This document shows, one piece after another, positions 17,601-26,622 of a stretch of DNA of 64,000 bases. The notes beneath the pieces are model-generated. The model ran no database searches and was not told the DNA's origin. It saw only the letters and a list, made by a program, of their open reading frames with translations. This DNA comes from Parcubacteria group bacterium Athens0714_12 (GTDB lineage Bacteria; Patescibacteriota; Patescibacteriia; UBA2591; VMGY01), in contig VMGY01000007.1 of the NCBI GenBank assembly GCA_007378955.1, positions 8,644 to 72,643 on the forward strand, read 5' to 3'. How positions within the stretch are numbered: position 1 is the first letter of the stretch; each line of letters begins with the position of its first letter. The position numbers and the translations under genes were made by a program.

Positions 17601-18455
17601 ATGAAAAATATCATAATATCAAAACCAAAGAATGACTCAGTTATCGCTCAATTAAGTTCGCTTTATAACACCTTTAAAAACGTTAGTTTTGGCGACAATT
17701 TAGAATTTAATTTGTCATTATTGGATTGGGTTTGTCCTTCATTAATATTGCCGATAAGCGCCTATATAAATAGTACTCGGAGCAGTTATAAAACAGATAA
17801 TTGCGGCATTAAGTCTTATTTGGAAAAAATAAGCTTTCCGCGAGGCGTAAATTCTATTTCTTTATTTCAATATAGAACTCAGAAATATAAAAGCTATATC
17901 CCGATAAGTGTCTTAAAAAAAGAATCAGGAATTGAAAGGGAAAGATTAGAATCATTGTTTTCAGAAAAAATTTATGAAACACTTGGCAATGTGCCAGGAG
18001 CGCAAAGCGCCGTAGTTTACCCCATATCAGAATTAGCAACTAATATTTTTGAGCATAGCAAAAAAGATTCAGGTTTTATTTTTGGGCAATTTTATCCCAA
18101 GAAAAATTATCTTGATATCTGCATAGTAGATTGCGGAAGAGGATTTGCCGCGGCTTATAAAGAAGAAAAGAATTTAAATTTGACGGACGCGGAAGCTATT
18201 AACCAGGCAATATTAGGCAACTCGGTTAAAAAAGACAGAGAAAGAGGATATGGAATAAGAACTTCAAAAAATGTGGTGTGTCACGCGCTAAAAGGAGGGA
18301 GTTTTGTTTTAATTTCTGGTTCTTGCGCGTTGCTTTCCACGGGAAAAGCGGAAAAGTTAGTATCTTTACCTAAATTTTATTGGCAAGGAACTATTATTGC
18401 TTATAGGATACCTAAACCATTGGGACCTATTGATATTTCCGGATATTATGAGTAA
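17601..18455 (+). CDS. GHKL (histidine-kinase-like) ATPase domain protein, hypothetical
   Basis: 284 aa; N-box-like ELATNIFEHS and G1-box-like VDCGRGF; no transmitter/HisKA region. Confidence 0.45.
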   Translation: MKNIIISKPKNDSVIAQLSSLYNTFKNVSFGDNLEFNLSLLDWVCPSLILPISAYINSTRSSYKTDNCGIKSYLEKISFPRGVNSISLFQYRTQKYKSYIPISVLKKESGIERERLESLFSEKIYETLGNVPGAQSAVVYPISELATNIFEHSKKDSGFIFGQFYPKKNYLDICIVDCGRGFAAAYKEEKNLNLTDAEAINQAILGNSVKKDRERGYGIRTSKNVVCHALKGGSFVLISGSCALLSTGKAEKLVSLPKFYWQGTIIAYRIPKPLGPIDISGYYE

Positions 18456-18506
18456 TATTAATTAAAATCAATTTTGCGGCGTAAATACTATAATAACTAT
18501 AAATTT

Positions 18507-18881
18507 ATGAAAATCAAAAAAAGTCAAAATTTAACTAAAATCAATATAGCTAATCTAATAGCCCCGATTATAAGTTCCCGGAGCATAGCTGATATATTAG
18601 AAAAAGAAATTAAAGGAGTTGATGCTAAATCAATAAATTTAGATTTTAGCAAGGTTAAATTTATTTCTCGTTCAGCCGCTCACGCTCTGCTTTTATTGAA
18701 GGAAAAAATTGAAACTAAAACTTTTAATAAAAAAGAAGTAAATTTTGTAAATGCCAATAATGATATTGCCGAAATGCTTCGCATTGTAGCCGCGAATAGG
18801 GCATTTCCTAAAGATAAAAAATTCCAATTTAATCCAAAAAAAGTCAGTATAAATTCTTTGTTAAAAAAGGCAGTGATATAG
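18507..18881 (+). CDS. STAS-like (DUF4325-like) small protein, hypothetical; likely partner of the upstream GHKL protein
   Basis: about 124 aa from ATG 18507 (the track's 18474 start is a TTG); INLDFSKVKFISRSAAHALL resembles STAS-like DUF4325; 18-nt gap to the upstream gene. Confidence 0.4.
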   Translation: MKIKKSQNLTKINIANLIAPIISSRSIADILEKEIKGVDAKSINLDFSKVKFISRSAAHALLLLKEKIETKTFNKKEVNFVNANNDIAEMLRIVAANRAFPKDKKFQFNPKKVSINSLLKKAVI

Positions 18882-19039
18882 CTTTAAATTTTTTTAGCGG
18901 TTTTTTTTCATCTGATATTTAAAGCTAATCCAGTCATTTGAATTTCTTACCGCTTTCTGCCAATAGGTTCTAACATTGTCTACCACGGAGCTCCAGAATA
19001 TTAATAAATTTATAAATATGTGGCCAAGAGGAATGTAGC

Positions 19040-19066
19040 AAAAAATTCCGGATTATCCGGAATTTT
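19040..19066. terminator. bidirectional hairpin (aaaattccgga tta tccggaatttt) between convergent genes
   Basis: Perfect 11-bp palindrome flanked by A/T runs on both sides. Confidence 0.6.
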
Positions 19067-19286
19067 TGTTTTGATTTCCTTTAAAACAGTCACACCCCTC
19101 CCATTTTTTGTATTTCATTTTTTCTATGCAAGGATTTCCATTGTTGCAATACCAAGCTCTGGCGCTCTCTATATCCATTAGGCAAAAACTTTGGAAATAA
19201 TTGTTGCATTTCGATGGTTCTTTAGTAAGACTTTCCTCATAACTTTCCCTTTCAAACCTACCTAATTCATTAGGATTTTTATGCAT
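19053..19286 (-). CDS. small Cys-rich hypothetical protein (6 Cys in the C-terminal half)
   Basis: 77 aa ORF, no recognisable domain. Confidence 0.35.
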   Translation of the reverse strand: MHKNPNELGRFERESYEESLTKEPSKCNNYFQSFCLMDIESARAWYCNNGNPCIEKMKYKKWEGCDCFKGNQNKNSG

Positions 19287-19434
19287 TTTATCCTCCTTTT
19301 TCAGTTTTCCACACTCTTTAAAGATTATTATTTTAATTTTTCAAGGTGTAAAATTGTTTTTATATCTTAACACAAATCAAAAAAAAATGAAAGAGTTTTG
19401 ATATATGATTTTTTTAGTGATTTTAAACTATTTT

Positions 19435-20979
19435 TTAATACGCTTTTTTTATCTCAATGTCGGTATAATAATATTTTAAAATCTGGCCGAAGCTGTATTC
19501 TTTTCCCAGAAGCAAAGCGCCGCGGGAACTCATTCCCACGCCGTGGCCGAGCATTGTTTTGCCTTTCATGTAAGGGTCGGGCTTGCTGACTAACCATGGC
19601 TTGCTGCCCGACCAGACTTCGCTCCAGCTTCTTGTTCGTCCGTCGCTTTGGGAAAAATAAGGCGTAATCGCCAAAGTATTATTGTAAAAAACCATCATTC
19701 CTTTTGTTTCATCAACCGCTTTGGTAATATTCGGCGAACGTTTTTCCATCCCATAACCGCGGTAGACTTGGTCGCCTTCCGTGGCAGTGACGGTAAAAAT
19801 TCCATGTTTAAAGGGTTCAAGGACATGGTAGGTGGCGTAAGCGCGGGCGGCGACAACCAAAGATTTAAGAAATTCAAAAGGCGAAACATCAACCGCCTCC
19901 GCCAAACCTTTCAGATAATCTTCCATTTTCAATTCATTAATCACCCAAAGCCGGCCAGACCCGCCTTCCGCCGGGTCGGCATAATGAGTTTCTAAAACTC
20001 CTTTGAATTGATTATCGTTCAAATTTTGATTCCAGCTTGGCGAATTTTGATAACTTGAAATTTCCAAAATTGTGTTTTCGTCTTTAGGAGCAAATCTCAA
20101 AATAGAATCAGTGCTTAAAATTCTTTGACCGCTGATATTTAAAAATTGCCTTTCAAGGGAAAAATCAAAAACTATTTCAATTTCTTCGCCTTCGGTTTGA
20201 GTGACTAATAATTTATTATTTTCATCCCTGATTTCGTAAGGCCCGTTAGCTTTAATTTTTATCGGTTTTTCACTGTGGAGAAGCCCGACGCGCACGTTCG
20301 GCTCTTCCATGTTTAATAAATTGGAATCTTCTTTTATTTCAGACAAGTCAAAATCAGGCATATCATAGGTGCCGGCGGAAGAGCTGGTGATTTGGCTGTT
20401 ATTGTTTTCAGTTGGCGCGGGAGTTTCTGTTTTTTTAACAATAGTTGTCGGCGCTAAAACCCTGATTGGCACTTCTATTTCTCCGCCGCCAATTTTTTCT
20501 TCGCCTCTCATTAAGTCAAGTTTTACCCAATACAAGCCGCTGTCAGCAGGCGCGGTCAGGGCGAATTTAAAAGTTCCTTCCTGGCCCGGTTTAATCGAGC
20601 CTTCCGAAAGTTTGGCCGGCTCCCGGCCATTCAGCCAAAATTTATGATAAAAAGCGCTTTGGTTTATTATACTGCGGTGTCTGATGGTTACCATATTGTT
20701 GCCGGTATTGTACCAAGTGTTACTTCCGCTGTTTTTGAACTTGAACCAAAAGGTAAAGGATTTGCCCGGTTCAAGATTGATGATATAGGGATAGCTTTGG
20801 TTAGTTTTTTGCGCTTGATAGTTTTGCGCCTTAACTCCAACAGGCAAAAGCGTTAATAAAGCCAAAGATAAAATTAAATAATTTTTTAATTTCACCCCGT
20901 TAGAAACCTTTTTTAAGAAAGGCATTTTACGGAGTTTTTTGATATAATTATTTTTCATAAAATTTCTAACGGGGTTCAT
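19435..20979 (-). CDS. SpoIID/LytB domain protein (secreted, peptidoglycan-remodelling), N-terminal Ig-like domain
   Basis: Signal peptide; C-terminal SpoIID signature ...VYRGYGMEKRSPNITKAVDETKG. Confidence 0.75.
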   Translation of the reverse strand: MNPVRNFMKNNYIKKLRKMPFLKKVSNGVKLKNYLILSLALLTLLPVGVKAQNYQAQKTNQSYPYIINLEPGKSFTFWFKFKNSGSNTWYNTGNNMVTIRHRSIINQSAFYHKFWLNGREPAKLSEGSIKPGQEGTFKFALTAPADSGLYWVKLDLMRGEEKIGGGEIEVPIRVLAPTTIVKKTETPAPTENNNSQITSSSAGTYDMPDFDLSEIKEDSNLLNMEEPNVRVGLLHSEKPIKIKANGPYEIRDENNKLLVTQTEGEEIEIVFDFSLERQFLNISGQRILSTDSILRFAPKDENTILEISSYQNSPSWNQNLNDNQFKGVLETHYADPAEGGSGRLWVINELKMEDYLKGLAEAVDVSPFEFLKSLVVAARAYATYHVLEPFKHGIFTVTATEGDQVYRGYGMEKRSPNITKAVDETKGMMVFYNNTLAITPYFSQSDGRTRSWSEVWSGSKPWLVSKPDPYMKGKTMLGHGVGMSSRGALLLGKEYSFGQILKYYYTDIEIKKAY

Positions 20980-21113
20980 ATATTATTATTTTACCATAAG
21001 ATTAACCAAGGTCAAACATTGACAAAATAAAAAAAAATGTGATAGATTGAATTTCAATAATTGTTCCTTGAAATATTAACATTAACCCTAAAAATCAGGA
21101 GGTGAAAGATAGG

Positions 21114-21560
21114 ATGAATCATTCAAAAGGTTTAGTTATATGTGTATTAGTTTTATGGTTAATAGCAGTTTTAATGGTAGTAGTATTGCCTCTATTAGGG
21201 AATAAACGAATTATGCAAGGACTGCATGATTTGAAACGAATTAGAGTAGTTGGAGGTCCTGAAATAAGTGGTTCTTTTTTTCTGGGCTGTGGTTCAGTTT
21301 CAAGCGGTAATTTCAACAGTGTGCGGTTTTGGTGGCAAGATAATACTGCGCCAGAAATTTATTACTGCACCACGCTTGATTTTGATTCAGTGATTGTAGT
21401 GGAAGATGAGACGTTGGAATTTCCCAAAGTCGAATTTATTGATTACGAAAAATATTGCGGAATAAGATCCTTATATGGAAAGCTTCCTGAATCCGCAAAG
21501 ATTTACACCCCTTCAAAATATTGGGAGTTTCAAATTGAGGATTTAAAAACAAAGTTTTAA
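21114..21560 (+). CDS. hypothetical membrane-anchored protein
   Basis: N-terminal TM helix; RBS aggagg upstream; the track's GTG start at 21102 is also possible. Confidence 0.5.
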   Translation: MNHSKGLVICVLVLWLIAVLMVVVLPLLGNKRIMQGLHDLKRIRVVGGPEISGSFFLGCGSVSSGNFNSVRFWWQDNTAPEIYYCTTLDFDSVIVVEDETLEFPKVEFIDYEKYCGIRSLYGKLPESAKIYTPSKYWEFQIEDLKTKF

Positions 21561-21575
21561 CAGAATTTTTAACAC

Positions 21576-21609
21576 GCCCGCTTTGCAAAACAGCAAAGCG
21601 GGTTTTTTA
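21576..21609 (+). terminator. rho-independent terminator (gcccgctttgc aaaaca gcaaagcgggc + T-run)
   Basis: Stem plus T6 read directly. Confidence 0.75.
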
Positions 21610-21638
21610 TTATCAAAATTTAATGTTATGATAGAAAT

Positions 21639-22877
21639 ATGAATTTTGTGTTTTTAATTTTATTTTCGCTATTTTTTCTTTATTTATCATGGAAAAAGCC
21701 GATTGTGGCTTTGGCTTTTATTGTCGCTTTTCTACCGAGTTATTTAATCCGCTTTAAAATCGGATTTTTGCCGATGACTTTGTTGGAATTGATGATTTTG
21801 ATTTTATTTGTTATCTGGTTGATTAAAAAAAAAGAAAAATGGAATTTAAGCCATTTTAAATACCCGATTATTTTTTGGCTAGTTGCGGCGACAATCGCTG
21901 TTTTTGTTTCGCCTGATTGGTGGCCTGCTTTGGGAATCTGGAAAGCGTATTTTATTGAGCCGATTTTATTTTTTATTGTTTTTATTAATGTTGTGAAAAC
22001 AACGGGATCCTTCGCTGGCGCTCAGGATGACATAGGCTTGAATTTAATTTTCAGGGCTTTGGGATTTTCCGCGCTTTATATTTCCCTTTTCGCCATTTGG
22101 CAAAAAATTACCGGACAAGGAATTTTGAGTTTGCAGTCCTGGCAGGGCGAGAAAATTTTAAGAGCAACTTCCATCTTTGAATACCCGAATGCCGTCGGAT
22201 TATTTTTAGCCCCTTTGATTTTAATTTTTATCGGCCAGAAAAAGCAAAAAATTTTTTATTGGCTGGTGGCATTTTTATCCTTGATGGCGATTATTTTCGC
22301 CCAATCCGAAGGGGCTATTGCAGGAATTTTGGCGGGATTAATTTTTATCGGCTTAGCGATAAAATCCGCGAGAAAATTTACGCTTGCCGGATTGTTTATT
22401 TCCATGATTATAATTTTTTCTTTCGCGCCTTTGAAAAATTATCTTTGGCAGAAAGCGAGCTTGAATGATTTTTCCGGCCAAATCAGAAAAGAAATGTGGA
22501 GCGAAACTTGGCAGATGCTGAAAGAAAAACCGATTTTCGGCGCTGGTTTGGCTGGTTACCAAAAAGCAGTGGAGCCATACCATAAAAAAGATTACATAGA
22601 AATTTATCTCTATCCTCATAATATTTTTTTTAATTTTTGGAGCGAATTGGGAATTATCGGGTTATTCGTTTTCCTTTGGCTTGTTTTTAAATTTTTTCGC
22701 CTTGGCTTCAAATCAAAATCGTCATTTTTTATTATGGCCGCGATGATTGCCATACTCGTTCATGGCTTGGTTGATGTTCCTTATTTCAAAAATGATTTAT
22801 CAGTGTTATTTTGGCTGATTATTGGCTTGATGCAAATTAGCAGTAATCAAGAAGATAAAAAAATCCCTATTGTTTAA
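21639..22877 (+). CDS. O-antigen ligase (Wzy_C) family polytopic membrane protein
   Basis: 412 aa, about 10-12 TM helices, central periplasmic loop with conserved H/R pattern. Confidence 0.6.
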   Translation: MNFVFLILFSLFFLYLSWKKPIVALAFIVAFLPSYLIRFKIGFLPMTLLELMILILFVIWLIKKKEKWNLSHFKYPIIFWLVAATIAVFVSPDWWPALGIWKAYFIEPILFFIVFINVVKTTGSFAGAQDDIGLNLIFRALGFSALYISLFAIWQKITGQGILSLQSWQGEKILRATSIFEYPNAVGLFLAPLILIFIGQKKQKIFYWLVAFLSLMAIIFAQSEGAIAGILAGLIFIGLAIKSARKFTLAGLFISMIIIFSFAPLKNYLWQKASLNDFSGQIRKEMWSETWQMLKEKPIFGAGLAGYQKAVEPYHKKDYIEIYLYPHNIFFNFWSELGIIGLFVFLWLVFKFFRLGFKSKSSFFIMAAMIAILVHGLVDVPYFKNDLSVLFWLIIGLMQISSNQEDKKIPIV

Positions 22878-22930
22878 AACAAAAAAAATAACGCCAAAGG
22901 ATTATTCCTCTGGCGTTTTGATTTTAAATT

Positions 22931-23923
22931 TTAGTTAAATCTCCTCAACCTCCTTTGTTTTTTTGATTCTTTATATTTACTATATTCATTGATGCCAAAA
23001 TCTTTTAATCGCTCCCAATTATTTTTAGTTCGCAGTTTGGACAGCGCTTTTTTAATGTTTTGCTCGACCCGTTGCCAGCTGATGGAGAGGTCTTCGCTAA
23101 TTTTTTTTAAAGTTCGTTCCAAGTAAAAATACTCTCTAAGACAACATTGCTCCGTCTTAGACAACTTGCTTTCCAAAAAAATTTTTTCTAATCCTTTTTT
23201 TAGTTGGAATTGAAAAATATTTTTTTCTACAACCTTGTCTGTTTGGAAGATTGAAATTTCTCCGGTTAATGTTCCGTTGGGAATTTTTTCATAAAGCCGC
23301 ATCCCGTCATTATCTGGATATGTTTGGCTGTCCAAGGAAAATAATCGATTTTCAAAATTCATTACCTCGGTGATGTTTTCAAATCTTTTATTTGTCCAGC
23401 GCAGGCTTTTTTTTATTTCTTCCTCTGTCGGCTCTCTCATTAAAATGTTTTTTAGCCTATTTTTACTTTTTTTAAATTTAGCTATGCAATCGCAAGCATA
23501 GACAGGAATTCGTATCGCTTTGCCATTTTTTATTGAATATTCCATGCCCTGCTTGATTTCCCACCAAAGATAGGTGCTATATCGGCAACCCCTTAAATAA
23601 TTAAATTTTTTAGTACCACTTATTAACCCAATCATTCCTTCTTGAAATAAATCGTCCGCATCCATTGATGGATCATAGAGTTTATTCAGGCAGTGATTAG
23701 AAATATTTATGACTAATTTAAAATTCTTAGCCATAATTTGACCGAGTATTTTTTTCCTCTTTTTCTCATTTTTAGTTTTTTTAAAAGCTTTAAGCAAAGA
23801 AAACATAATTTCGCCCAAAATTTCTTTAGCTTTTTTTTCCGCTGGCGTGGCGGGATGCAAAATTTTTACTGAATTATTACTTGATTCATAAGCAATACTG
23901 TTTAAATTCAACATCTTCAACAC
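22931..23923 (-). CDS. RNA polymerase sigma factor, sigma-70 family
   Basis: Region 2 (DADDLFQEGMIGLISGTKKF) and region 4.2 HTH (SISWQRVEQNIKKALSKLR). Confidence 0.75.
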   Translation of the reverse strand: MLKMLNLNSIAYESSNNSVKILHPATPAEKKAKEILGEIMFSLLKAFKKTKNEKKRKKILGQIMAKNFKLVINISNHCLNKLYDPSMDADDLFQEGMIGLISGTKKFNYLRGCRYSTYLWWEIKQGMEYSIKNGKAIRIPVYACDCIAKFKKSKNRLKNILMREPTEEEIKKSLRWTNKRFENITEVMNFENRLFSLDSQTYPDNDGMRLYEKIPNGTLTGEISIFQTDKVVEKNIFQFQLKKGLEKIFLESKLSKTEQCCLREYFYLERTLKKISEDLSISWQRVEQNIKKALSKLRTKNNWERLKDFGINEYSKYKESKKQRRLRRFN

Positions 23924-24112
23924 CTCCTTTAAAGGTTAAATTTTTTGTTTTTTATTTATTTTTTTCAAAGGACTGTCATTTTTTAAATTTAAGAAGAGTA
24001 TATCATAAAATAATAATTTGTCAACTGCTGATACCTCCGCAGAAAGATTTTTTTTGATTCGCGACTAATGTTTTTATTTGATAAATTATGAAAAATTTAA
24101 TATCATAAAGAG

Positions 24113-25099
24113 ATGATGTTAAAAAATAAGGCAAAAAAATATTTAATCGCTTTTTTTATTGTTTTGGGAATAATTAGTTTTTCGTTTAAAAAAGTTAACG
24201 GGCAGGAATTAAGAATAATTCCTCGCGCTGAATGGGGAGCGAACGAGAGTTTGAGATTTAATGAAAAAGGAGAAGATAAATGGCCGGAAGAATACGCTCC
24301 GGTTCAGAAGTTTATCATTCACCATAGCGGCACGACTTTAAAAGACAATGATAAAAACGGCGCGGTTGACCAAGAAGATTATAAAGCCACCATCAGGGCG
24401 ATTTATAATTGGCACGCTCAAGTTTTAAATTGGGGCGATATCGGGTATAACTATTTAATTGACCCGCTGGGGAATATTTATCAAGGCAGATATGGCAGCG
24501 ATGGCGTGGTTGGCGGGCATGCTTTGGATGATGTTAAAAATATTGGCTATAACCGGGGCAGTGTCGGCATTGTAATTTTAGGCACTTACGGCGGTTGGGT
24601 TTATGAGCAGGAACAAGGAGAATATTTAAAAAAGCCGGAACAATTTCCGGAAATTGGCGGCATCCAAAAAATCGGCCAAGAAGAGCAACATAACGGCAGA
24701 TGGCGCGTTCGGGTCGAGGGCAATATTTCCCAAGCCGCGAAAGACAGCTTGTCTTCTTTAATTTCTTCAAAATCAAAAAAGTTTAATATCTCCCCGAATG
24801 GCTATAGTGATTTTGTTGATTTAATTAATATCCCAAATATAATAGGTCATCGCGACGTAGACAGGACGACTTGCCCGGGCGAAAATTTGTATGCTTCGTT
24901 GCCGGAAATCAGAAATTTAGCGCAAAGTAAATATGGCCAATCAGTTAAAGCAGCTAATATTAATCGTATTTTTGCCGCCAGTTTGCAGGGGCAAAGCGAT
25001 TCGGAAATTACTTTAAAGCCCAATGAAACAAAAGAGATTTATCTTGAGTATAAAAATGAGGGCAATACGGCGGCGATGAAGTTTATTTGGCCAGCATAG
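24113..25099 (+). CDS. N-acetylmuramoyl-L-alanine amidase (PGRP / Amidase_2 family), secreted; the C-terminal part probably continues in the next ORF
   Basis: IIHHSGT, NYLIDPLGNIYQGR, IGHRDVDRTTCPG motifs; signal peptide. Confidence 0.8.
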   Translation: MMLKNKAKKYLIAFFIVLGIISFSFKKVNGQELRIIPRAEWGANESLRFNEKGEDKWPEEYAPVQKFIIHHSGTTLKDNDKNGAVDQEDYKATIRAIYNWHAQVLNWGDIGYNYLIDPLGNIYQGRYGSDGVVGGHALDDVKNIGYNRGSVGIVILGTYGGWVYEQEQGEYLKKPEQFPEIGGIQKIGQEEQHNGRWRVRVEGNISQAAKDSLSSLISSKSKKFNISPNGYSDFVDLINIPNIIGHRDVDRTTCPGENLYASLPEIRNLAQSKYGQSVKAANINRIFAASLQGQSDSEITLKPNETKEIYLEYKNEGNTAAMKFIWPA

Positions 25100-26058
25100 A
25101 AAAAAAAGAACAAATGCTGGGGAATAAAATCGCCAGCGAACCGGAGATTATAAAACTGACTCATTCCGTCGCGCCGGGAGAAAAAATAAAATTTAATCTT
25201 ACTTTGAAACCGCCTGCCGCAGGAACAAAAATAGAAAAAATTTATTTACTTTTTTGGGGAAATAAAGCTTGGCTGCCGTCCACCGAAGGAAAAATTTTAA
25301 TGAATGTCAGAAGAGACAATTATGCCGCGGCAATGAGTTTTTCCAATTTGCCGGAAAAAATTTGGGCGAAGGACATTATTCCCGGACAAATTAAATTTAA
25401 AAATGTCGGCTTAAAGTCTTGGATTGTGGATAAATTAAAATTAAAGATTTTTGACAGCGGCTATAAGTCGTCTCTCTTTAAAAATTTCGATTGGCCGGAT
25501 AAAGACGGCAGTTTTAAAGCAATTTCTGATTTAAAAGAAATCAAGCCGGATGAAGAAATAACTTTTAATTTTAATTTAAAAGCGCCGACTTTGCCGTGGC
25601 TGTTTAAAAATATTTTTAAATTAGAGATAGAAGGAGTAGAAAAAATGGTGGACGCGGAGGCGGAAAATTTTATTCAAGTGGAACCGGATTTAAAAGCGGG
25701 ATTAACCACCCATTCCTTTCCACACGCGATGCTTAATGTTTGGCGGCCATCGGTGATGCTGAAATTCAAGAACACAGGCAGAAAAGCGTGGGATAAAAAT
25801 TTAATTTTGAAGTCTTTCAGCAGTGATAATAAAACCAGCCCTTTTTATCATTCTTCTTGGGAAAGTTCCATGATAATAGAGAAATTAGACGGAAAAGTGG
25901 AGCCCGGGCAAGAAGTCACTTTTATTTTTAAATTAAAAGCGCCCAGCAAGGCGAATCTTTATCAGCATAAATTCAGCTTATTCCAAGGCAATGAAAGAGT
26001 TTATATTAATGAAAAACCGGAATTGATATTTTCTACCCGCGTTGACTCGGCTCAATAG
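25087..26058 (+). pseudogene. repeat-domain region (about 100-aa Ig-like repeats with KFKNxG..W motif) in a different frame from the upstream amidase. It has no ATG (TTG only) and no signal peptide. It is probably one gene with 24113-25099 split by a frameshift (true or sequencing error)
   Basis: 13-nt overlap; the repeat motif already begins in the amidase ORF tail (LEYKNEGNTAAMKFIW); an A8 homopolymer sits at 25100-25107 just after the stop. Confidence 0.5.
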
Positions 26059-26060
26059 AA

Positions 26061-26092
26061 GTTATAAGTTATTAGTTGTAAGTTATGAGTTG
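26061..26092 (+). repeat. GTTATAAGTT-type short tandem motif immediately upstream of tRNA-Ser
   Basis: gaagttataagttattagttgtaagttatgagtt. Confidence 0.6.
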
Positions 26093-26097
26093 CCCCC

Positions 26098-26188
26098 GGT
26101 GGGGTGCGAGAGTGGTTTAATCGGGCGGTCTCGAAAACCGCTGTCGCCTCATCGGCGACCGCAGGTTCAAATCCTGCCCCCACCGCCA
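26098..26188 (+). tRNA. tRNA-Ser (anticodon CGA), long variable arm
   Basis: Manual fold: acceptor ggtgggg/ccccacc, anticodon stem gcggt/accgc with loop ctCGAaa, 18-nt variable arm, T-loop ttcaaat, encoded CCA. Confidence 0.8.
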
Positions 26189-26207
26189 ATTTTCAGAATT
26201 ATAATTT

Positions 26208-26240
26208 AAAAGCCAAAGCGATTAAGCTTTGGCTTTTTTG
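26208..26240. terminator. bidirectional terminator hairpin (aaagccaaagc gattaa gctttggcttttttg)
   Basis: 11-bp stem plus T-run; serves tRNA-Ser (+) and the convergent small gene (-). Confidence 0.7.
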
Positions 26241-26242
26241 AT

Positions 26243-26467
26243 TTATTTAACAATGGTCGGGCATAAGAAGCATGGTTTGCGCAGGTCGCGGTCGTAAACA
26301 GGATGATGGTCATTAACTCCCTTTCTACAATGTTTATTTTTCGCTTTTTTTCTTTTAAGAGCCTTTTTGATTTCTTTTTCAAGATTTTTTTCTTGAAAGG
26401 CAATAACCATTCCATGCGAGTTATCAACAAATTTTTTAACCATTTTGCCAATTTTTCTTCGGCTCAT
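26243..26467 (-). CDS. small basic hypothetical protein with a C-terminal C-x17-C-x2-C motif
   Basis: 74 aa; strong RBS aaggagg 8 nt upstream of the ATG; the overlapping 26206-26451 ORF was rejected. Confidence 0.5.
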   Translation of the reverse strand: MSRRKIGKMVKKFVDNSHGMVIAFQEKNLEKEIKKALKRKKAKNKHCRKGVNDHHPVYDRDLRKPCFLCPTIVK

Positions 26468-26622
26468 TATCTTCCTCCTTCTTAATATTTGTAAATGAAC
26501 ATTTTTGATATTTATTGCAATTGAATTTAATTACAGGTAATATTAATTTATTATCACAGTATTGTCAATGATTCGCGTTTCAGGCGAATTTAAAATAAAA
26601 TTTAGCATTTAATTAGTTAAAA

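Noticed and set aside
17399-19300. Integrative element or prophage remnant at tRNA-Gly
   Set aside because: No integrase, no convincing direct repeat of the tRNA 3' end downstream, no phage-like genes. Only the accessory GHKL/STAS pair follows the tRNA.
26206-26451. 81-aa minus-strand ORF overlapping the 74-aa ORF 26243-26467
   Set aside because: The two overlap almost completely in different frames. Only the 26243-26467 frame is preceded by a strong SD (aaggagg), so I kept that one.
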